Shown here one piece after another: positions 42,301-51,300 of a stretch of DNA of 64,000 nucleotides. Source of the stretch: Lytechinus pictus. Taxonomy: Eukaryota. Location of the stretch: the NCBI RefSeq assembly GCF_037042905.1, contig NC_087246.1:8062001-8126000 (forward strand), in the 5' to 3' direction. The notes under the pieces were generated by a model, which was not told the DNA's origin, did not search any database, and saw only the letters and a list, made by a program, of their open reading frames with translations. The position numbers and the translations under genes are program-made. Every line of letters starts with the position of its first letter. Positions within the stretch are counted from its first letter, which is position 1.

Positions 42301-45300
42301 TCTTTAAGCAAGAAATTTACCCACATTGTGCTGCACTAAACCCAGGTGAGATGAATTACCCGGCAGGATTAATTCCTTGAATGCACAAAGCGCCTACATG
42401 TATAGCAGCTTGAGCTAGGCCTGCTGGGGTAATATGTAGCAGTAGTGTATGCAAGGTGTGTGTGGGGGGGGGGGGGTTGTTACAGGGGTTCAGACCCCTC
42501 TTAAATTTTTTTGATACCCAACCCGCTCCCCCACAAATTTTTTTTTTGAGACCTTTCTTTTTTTTTTGCTCGTCAAACTTTTTTGAGGTACGATAAGAGT
42601 AGACGTAAAATTTGTGATGAAGTCCTTTTTTTTTTGCTTGTCAATTTTTTTTTGGTAGGTAACTACCTAAATTGGTGGTGAAGACCTTTCTTTTTTGGGG
42701 GGTGTCATCATTTCATTCAGCTTTAACCCCCCCCCCCCTTTAAAAATCCCGCGCATGCTACTGATATGTAGTGTGCCAACAATTAGGCAACTACGGTACC
42801 TTGTAAATGCTATTTTAGTAAATCATCCTCATCATTACGATTATCATCATTATCATACTGAATGATCAAATCATCACATTAACAATTTAATCCATAATGT
42901 GTATGGTGTTCATGACAACTAAATCACATTTTTAAGAGTATAATTTACAAAATAGTCCAGTGATTCCTACTCTGCATTCCAATAAATTTCAATACATTCA
43001 AGGAGTAAGACTCAACCACACATAAAAGATAACAACTTTATATCAGAATTAAACATTTATCCTGATAATAAAGGATTGATTCAAACAAAAGAAAGAGCAT
43101 CTCGGATTAATTCTAATTGGATGTCAATTAAAAGGGATTAAAGAGATAAAGAGAACACCTCTTGAAGTTGGAGAATAAACACTAAAGCATATAAATGCTG
43201 TTGTGCATTATTTCACACATGCACAAAGTACATGTAAGAAGCGTAGACCTACATGTACGTACTTGTATACTACACAGTGTTAATTTGAAATAAACTAGTA
43301 GCATCTATGGAAAAATTGTCATTTATAGTCTAACATGTAAAGAAAGTTGCCTATATGTTGCACTGTGTAGAACTCTGAAGAATTTCAAAACAAATAGAAG
43401 CTCAACTATGAAATCAGAAAAAAAAGTTACATAATGCAAATTTAATAATATATATTAATATATACAAAAATAGGAAAGAGGGAACAAAAACACTTACATG
43501 ATGTATGCCATCAAATACATGGAGATCCATTCCAAAATCAAATGACTACAAACGACGGAACTTCATGTTTATATACAAACATCAATTTTCCCAGAATGCA
43601 AATTACAATTTTCACTACTCTTGACAATCTTGAACAAACTATGTGTGGTATACCAGTACTTCTAGTAAGTGGTTTTCTGAGAACACATCCGGTGAGTGAC
43701 TGTCTGGACTTGCAAGCAGTATCGGGTTCAAACCCTAAATTTTGGCAAATAATGCAAAACAAAGCATGCTAAAATGTACCACTTATATTAAAGAAATCTG
43801 ACTTTCACGTTTAGTGAGACGCGTCTAACAAAAAATCTGATGCTATAGCGTTGTGTGTTAGCGTGCCTCACCACTGTATTCAGTGCAGGTGTGAATGCAG
43901 TTGGAAAACACTCCGTCCATCGGAAAGGACGCAAATGTTGGTCCTGTGTGTAGGAGAGTCACAACCTATGCACGTTAAAACCAATACACTATTCGTCAAA
44001 GAGTAGGGTGTTCACCCGGTGTATTGCACCTGCTGGTCCCGGCAAAATTCAGGTCAAGTCAATCTTGATGTTCATATGCCATAATAATCAATATAATGAT
44101 TGTGGGCATTAACGGAAAGACAAGAAGACAAGATAATGAAACTCAGTCTCTGATTCCATCCCAAAATAAAAACCAGGCTCTGTGCTTGACCAAGTACAGT
44201 AGCTGTGATACTTTCTAATTTGTGTTTTAACTGTACTTTTTAAGGTGTACATGTACACTTTGAATGGTTGTTCATTCAACTATGGAAATGCTTGCAAAGG
44301 GCAAAACCATCACAATTGCCAACTACATCACAATAGACCTAAATACTCCTCCATTGTCCATTTTGTGAAAGGATTTCTCCTTTTAATAGAATGGCAGTAT
44401 TCAAGTTACATACATTTGTAAGAAGAAAGCTTAATTTTAACAGGGGGGGGGGGGGTAATTGTCCTATAATGCTTATAAATTCAAGGTCAAGTTCACCCCA
44501 GAAAATTGTTGGATGGAAATGGAGAAAAATTAAACAAGCATAACGCTGAAAATTTCATCAAAAATGGATGTAAAATAAGAAAGTTTTGACATTTTTAAGT
44601 TTCGCTTATTTTACACAAAACAGTTAGGCCTATACGCACAACTCAGAAATATGCAAATGAGAGTAGATGATGTCCCTCACTCACTAATTCTTGTGTTTTT
44701 TATTTGAATTATGCAATATTTCAATTTCTAAAGATTTGACATGGACCAACTTGACTTATTCATAAACTGTTAAAATAATGGTCATTCCACATATTCAGGG
44801 AGGAATAAAATTTGTTTCACATGCCTATGAGAAGAAACTTAGAATATTTCATATTTCATTATAATAAAATACAAAGATATAGTGAGTGGGTGACGTCATC
44901 AGTCTGCTCATTTGCATACCGACCAGGATGTGCATATAACTGTTTTGTGAAATTAAGCAAAACTGTAACTTTCTTATTTTACATCCGATTTTGATGAAAT
45001 TTTAGATTTTTCTCCTATTTTTCAAATCAACTGTTTATTGGGGGAATTGTCCTTTCAGTTACATGTATGTAGAGCATGAGAGACAAACTATTAACTCCCA
45101 TCATCTCTGTTCCAGGGGCCCGTTTCTCAACACCGTCATAAGTCTAACTTCTTGACTAAATCGGAGATAGTGAGCTACTTGTCCGCTAACCGTTTCACGA
45201 AGCCCTCTTTACCAAGATCGGGTACAACAACCTCACTAAATATTTATGACACCTCCGAACCTGTCATAACTTCTTTCTTAATGACGTAGTGGCATTACGT

Positions 45301-48300
45301 GGGTAGACTATGACATGCGAAAGTGCCTAGAAATTTAAAAATTATAATCTTACGTAATCAATCATAGAGGTTGAAATTACATCACAAAATAAGTGGGTTA
45401 ATGCATTCAATGATAATTGTAATACAAAGAAACTATAAAAACTGTTGGTTAATGCCACAAAACCATTCATTTTGAAATAGTAAAACGATTTAATCGATAA
45501 AGATTCTACCACGTCAGGCCATCCATAACTGAACTCGTATTTTTTTGTTTTCAGACCCCTATTAACAGTTGGATGAATTCTATCTTTACTTTAAGCATAT
45601 AATTTGTCCAATATCGTATCTTTCGGTATCAATGATTAAAAATGTTTTGTTAAACTATATTTTGATGACGTTTGGAATCGTAAAAGTCCGTATAATTTTC
45701 ATCATTTTACAAAGAAAACCGTTATGGTTTACTTTTGTAAACTATTAAAATTGGGTATCCCGGGGGTACCCATCTCAACGTCCACAAGTGATTTTTTAGT
45801 CATGATATTAAATATTCATAATTTAATATATTCTCTGCAATTGAATGCTCCAGTCTTCATGGTCTAAGTATGTATAATGCATAATTCACCTGTACTATTA
45901 TTTTGAAAAGATTTATTTCCCAATTCATCTTAATATTTCCAATTTTGTCATAATTTTTCTTGTTGAAAATTATGCTATTTTGTGACTAAGGCTACGTCTC
46001 GTCAGCTCTTTTTACAGATAGTATCGATATCAAGGTATTCTAGTTAGGAAGCCTTTCGAGAAACAGGTTTAGTAAGATTGGAACTAACTCCGTGGTTGGT
46101 GGATAAAGATATGACTAACTTGTCCATGTGTTGAGAAACGGGCCCCTGGAAGATAAGAAAAAAGTATGGTCTATTCTTTTAAACAGACTGTTCTAATCCT
46201 TGTTTAAGGAAATGGAAACCCATCTCCGAAGCTACATACTGATATTGCACTCCGTACAGATAAACTGAAATTTTTTGTTTATTATTTGTTGTAACTTGAA
46301 GCAGTTTTATATATCTATTAAAAAAAAAGCTATATGGCCTTATGGGCAATTATTATATTCATGTTACAACATTCAAAATAACATTACATACATGTAGGCA
46401 ATAACAAGAAAATCAAAATATGAAATATTCAAATCACTGAATCAAATGAGACATTGAAAAAAGAGAAAGGCTTACAGCACATACTGCACAGTATCATATG
46501 TCAAGCAGTTTATTTAGTTTTTCACATTTCACACAAAATTTTGTTCTCATATATATAGTCTTTGAAAAAAGCCATGGTTCTCAGTTGGACAGTTGACATT
46601 TAGACCATGCACTAAATGTTTGAATTACAAATTTTTATTTATTAACAAATGTGATATTTTCTTCTTGCTTCATATTCATTCTAATTTTTTTTTTATGTTT
46701 AGTTTTTATAACAAGAATGGTTTTGAAGAAATACTTTACTTCCCATCAGCAGGCTTCTTAACAAATAACAGAGGTACAGTACATGAATATATGTTTAAGT
46801 GTAGTATTAAACAAATAAATCATAAACATATTTGATTACTGCTCCAATGGATAAGGGGCTTAAGAGAGAAAAATACAAATACATGTACTATGAAGTACAC
46901 AACAAATCGGAGAGTAGTTTCTTACCTGTATTCAGCAAAATACAATTAAAATATGTACATAGTTTTAATATACTATCAGTGATCACATTATTCAAACACC
47001 CGTAACTTACTCTTTCCTTATAATCTTATCTGATTTTTTTCTCCAACCTTCACCATTCCATTTTCCTTACTTTTTCATTTTGCACAGATTATTTTTTTTA
47101 TTATAAAGACAGTACTATTGCTGTTTAAAAAAAGTTTACACACAATATGACATTCAAGTTTGGGTAGTATTCTTTCATTGGAATGCAAAAATGTAATCAT
47201 TTCACATCAATCCAACTGTGAATGTGACCAAGGCTTTCTTTAGACCAGGAGCTACAATCTCGACACAATAGGTTGTTCTGCTGAACTACGTTGGCTAAAC
47301 TCACCAGAACATGTCTCTGGGGATGATAGGAAAATTAAAAAAATTGTTAATAAATCCCCAGAAAATACAATTATTTCTGACTAGGCTTTGGATTCAAGAG
47401 GGAGGGGGGGGGGGGTAGAGAAACGCATAGTAAGTATGTTGGGGGGGGGGGGGTGGCTGAGAATAAGTGCTACTGCTATCTTGTTCTAACTTTTATTTAT
47501 TTCTAGCCAGACTAGCACCCATTTCTTTAGAATACAAGCCATCTAACCCCCCCCCCCTCTCTCTTACACCCCTTGTCATAGGAAGATGTGAATGTATAGT
47601 ATGCTTGTATGTTAATTCTCATTTCTTTTAATTGTTATCTCATTTAACTCAAATGAATCTGGTATTTATATTGTGGGCAGTTCTTGCATCCAGATATGCA
47701 CACTATGCATATCTACAATTTTGCATTAAAGGATTTTGGGCCCTACATTGCATCCATTGTTGAACTACATATAGGCAGGTAGGATGTGTGTAAATCCATA
47801 AGGCACTAGACATATAGGAGTAACATTAAAATTGGTCATTACATAACACATATGTATATTTCATGCATTTCTTTGTGATAAAGTGAGTGTACAGATGTTA
47901 AAGAAAAGCCAGGAAGGTAATTTAAAAAGAAACCTTCATGTGTCATATAATACACTGAAGGGATTCAAGGGAAGGGTAACTTACCAACAGAGGGAGACAT
48001 ACAACTATTCCTTTAATGCTTTTATTTGTTGGAATCCCATTTTCATAAAAATTTCAATTCTTGGCCCATATTCTCAAAAGCTGCCAAACTTCAAGCTGCG
48101 GCAAATTGACTGCTTCAGACTGAGTCTACATTACCTTGGTATTACTTCATAAGACCATTTTAAATGAGCCCTTATATTTACAGTGGTGCTCAAAAGTTAG
48201 TGAACCCCACCAGAAATTGTACATATTTAAAGTTCTGTCATGTTTTAGATATATGTAATTGCGAAGTCAGGTGATAAAATATTACATTCAATAAAGTTTG

Positions 48301-51300
48301 TTTCTCTGGGCTCGCCAAACATTGTAATGTTGTCTGCATTCAACACTCAGCATGAATATGAGTGCATTTTGTGATGGGGTTCACTAAATTTTGAGCACAA
48401 CTGTATAACCAGCAAATTGACTTTAATAGGCACAGGCCTACAGCTTGGCCAAAAAGTATCAAGGGTATGCATGCTACCATACCATGACAACTGCAGATCA
48501 TGTGTGCTAGTGTTTAGGCATAAGGCCAAACTGAAGCCCCCTAACATACTTTTTTGACTACCTTCACAAGTCATACAGTCAAGGTAATTCTCTACCCCTT
48601 TATGTTGATGCACTCCTACTGTGGTATTGTATCAATTTTGAGAATGGAGTCATATCTCTCACGATCAATACTATCAAGGTATCATGTCTAGTAAGAACAA
48701 AATTGAAAACCCTTTTATATTACCAGTACATATTATACTGGGATTATGCTGGGATTCGAACCCACGACCCTCTGTTTCAAAGTCCGGAGACTAATCCACT
48801 GGGCCACAACGCTCCACTATTATATAGTAAGAAATAAATAATAATGTTTATTTACCCATGGTAGCCACTTCTGTTATAAAATTGCTCTACCAGCAGGCCT
48901 TGCATAATATGTGATTATTATATTACCCTTCTCAAATCTAGATGTCGAGCGCCAAGCAAAATCGCAGTCCTATTTTTGTAAGTCTTTGGTATGACTCTAC
49001 AGGGGATTAAACCCACAATCTCCAATTTATAAGGTGGGCAGTCTACCACTGTGTCACCATGCTGGGTGGCTTGGTGGTATATTGCCTATTTCAATTTCAA
49101 TTTCAATTCATTTTCTTATAAAAATCCATACAAAAACACAACATATACAAAGTATCATATTCACAAAATTGAAAAACAACAACAACAAATACTAATAAAA
49201 ATTGGATTGAATACTTATTGATAAATAAATAACATAGAAAAGCTTCCATTATATATTTTTTGATTTAATCTCTTAATTTTTTTTTTCATTTTTTTTTTTG
49301 AATTTTAAATTTTGATTATATTTAAGCTGAACCAATCACATTCATGTTATACCATTTTCAGTTCATGAACTAAACATGGTGTGAAGGTGATTTCAAGATA
49401 TATAAGCTGAACAAATAACGTTCGTGTTACACGAAGGTGATTGGCTGGCGCGCGTTCGTATGCTCAAGTTGTAACCTGACACTGCAAGTTTGTCATAAAC
49501 ATTTTGTATTTTACAGCATATATTTCAAATATGTGGTAGGCTTATTATATTCATAATATTTTTTTGCGCCCTTTCAAACCCACCAAAAGAATTAAGTGGT
49601 AATCAAGGACGCTGTACTGTAGTTAACTTGTCTTAAGCGACGGTCGAACCATTACGAGTACCGTACTGTGGTTGACATCCGTCTGTATACTGTAAGTTAG
49701 GACAAAAAAAATCAGAAAGTGTTTAAAAAACTGGGTCTTAATTGACTAAATTATTCGCACCCATAAGTGACTGTTAACTTCACAAAACTTAAACCATTTA
49801 TTTTTGGTAGCCCCTCCCCGACCCCATCTCCTAGCTTACCCAGTGATCAATGAGGGGGAGGGGCCAGAGACGAGTAGGGGTGCCAGCACCCGGCCGCAGG
49901 AATAGGGGAGGTCTGGATATTTTGTGTTATACGCTGGGATGAGTTGGGTATGGTTAGCAACCACTTTAGTGTGCAAATGATTTAATCCCCTAAATGCAAA
50001 CGCAGGATTACCAAAAAACTCCTCTAAAACAGCGGATATCAATCACACTACACCCTAACCCTGGGTTACTTATAGTTACAACCCCGGGGGGGGGGGGGGC
50101 CACTTACATTGACGAGTGGATACCATGCGCGACCAAAAAAAACATGTAAAAAGGAAAAAGGATGTCTTTTTCAAGATAGGGCACGTATACGTACGTAACA
50201 TAATAAGGGTGTCCAAAACACTAAAATAATGAAAAAAGGGTATATATTTTGCTAGGAAAATACGTATTTATGGTCAAATTTGCGAGGGTATAAAAAATCA
50301 AGACTAAAATATTTTAAAAAGGATGTGCTTTAATTTTGCCCAAGAAGTCAACACTACGTGTTTAGAGTAAGATTTGCGCGAGTTGGGCTGTACTAAACCC
50401 AATGATGTAGGTAAAGGTAAAACCGACGACCGACGTCTGTGACATAACATTGAAATATCGCTGTAGGCCCTACTTGTTTAGGGGTTCAATTCAGGGAATT
50501 TTCCAATAGTATTGTTTTGTTTCCAATACTTGTTTAAGCCCTTAAGGGTAGGGTTTCACACGCCAAGGGGTGCATTTTCAGAATATGGAAAATACGTGTT
50601 TAGGGTGCTTTTTGAGATCTCATGGTCGCGCATGGTATCCACTAGTAAATGGAAGTGCCCCCCCCCCCCCGGGGTTACACCCGGGCCTGAGATTGGGATG
50701 GAACCGAACGTACCGAGCACAATTCCAACACCCAGCCCCGGGCTTGCGCTGGCGGCCACACCGGCCCTAGGCCTAGCCGAGCATACGCGCGTTTGCCTTG
50801 TTTTGTTAGTCAACAAAAAAAACTTAGTTCTTAACTTTAATCGTAATCAATCACGCTGATGTTGCTGCTACTGCTAGCGTGACTGTTGCCTTCTATCCTA
50901 TTCATCTCTAAAATGCAAAACAAATTTCACAAAATTTAATAAGAATGAAATCTCACCGAAAATAACCTTTATTTTAGTCACAGACTCCGCAGCGAGTTCG
51001 ATCTGACGATATGGATATGCATGTGTATGTACCGAAATGTAACGAATCCCCATCCAGGCATCATAGAGAATATCTCTGTGCGAATCCCCGGCCCCGATTT
51101 AATAAGATTGTGCAATTATAACCGCATGTTGTTTATTATTAGCTAGTGTAATTTCAGTCAATTTAAAATTTGACTAACAACGAAAACGCAATTTTTAAAT
51201 TATTTCCTCTTATTTCCAGAAAGTTCAGCCCTTGCCATTTCTCAAACTTTTGATTAGTTTAATTTGCTGGAGTGTTTCTTTACTTTTAATGATACAGGAC

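Noticed and set aside
50512..50859. ORF cluster on both strands
   Set aside because: Spans a MITE terminus and a GC-rich tract; no coding signature
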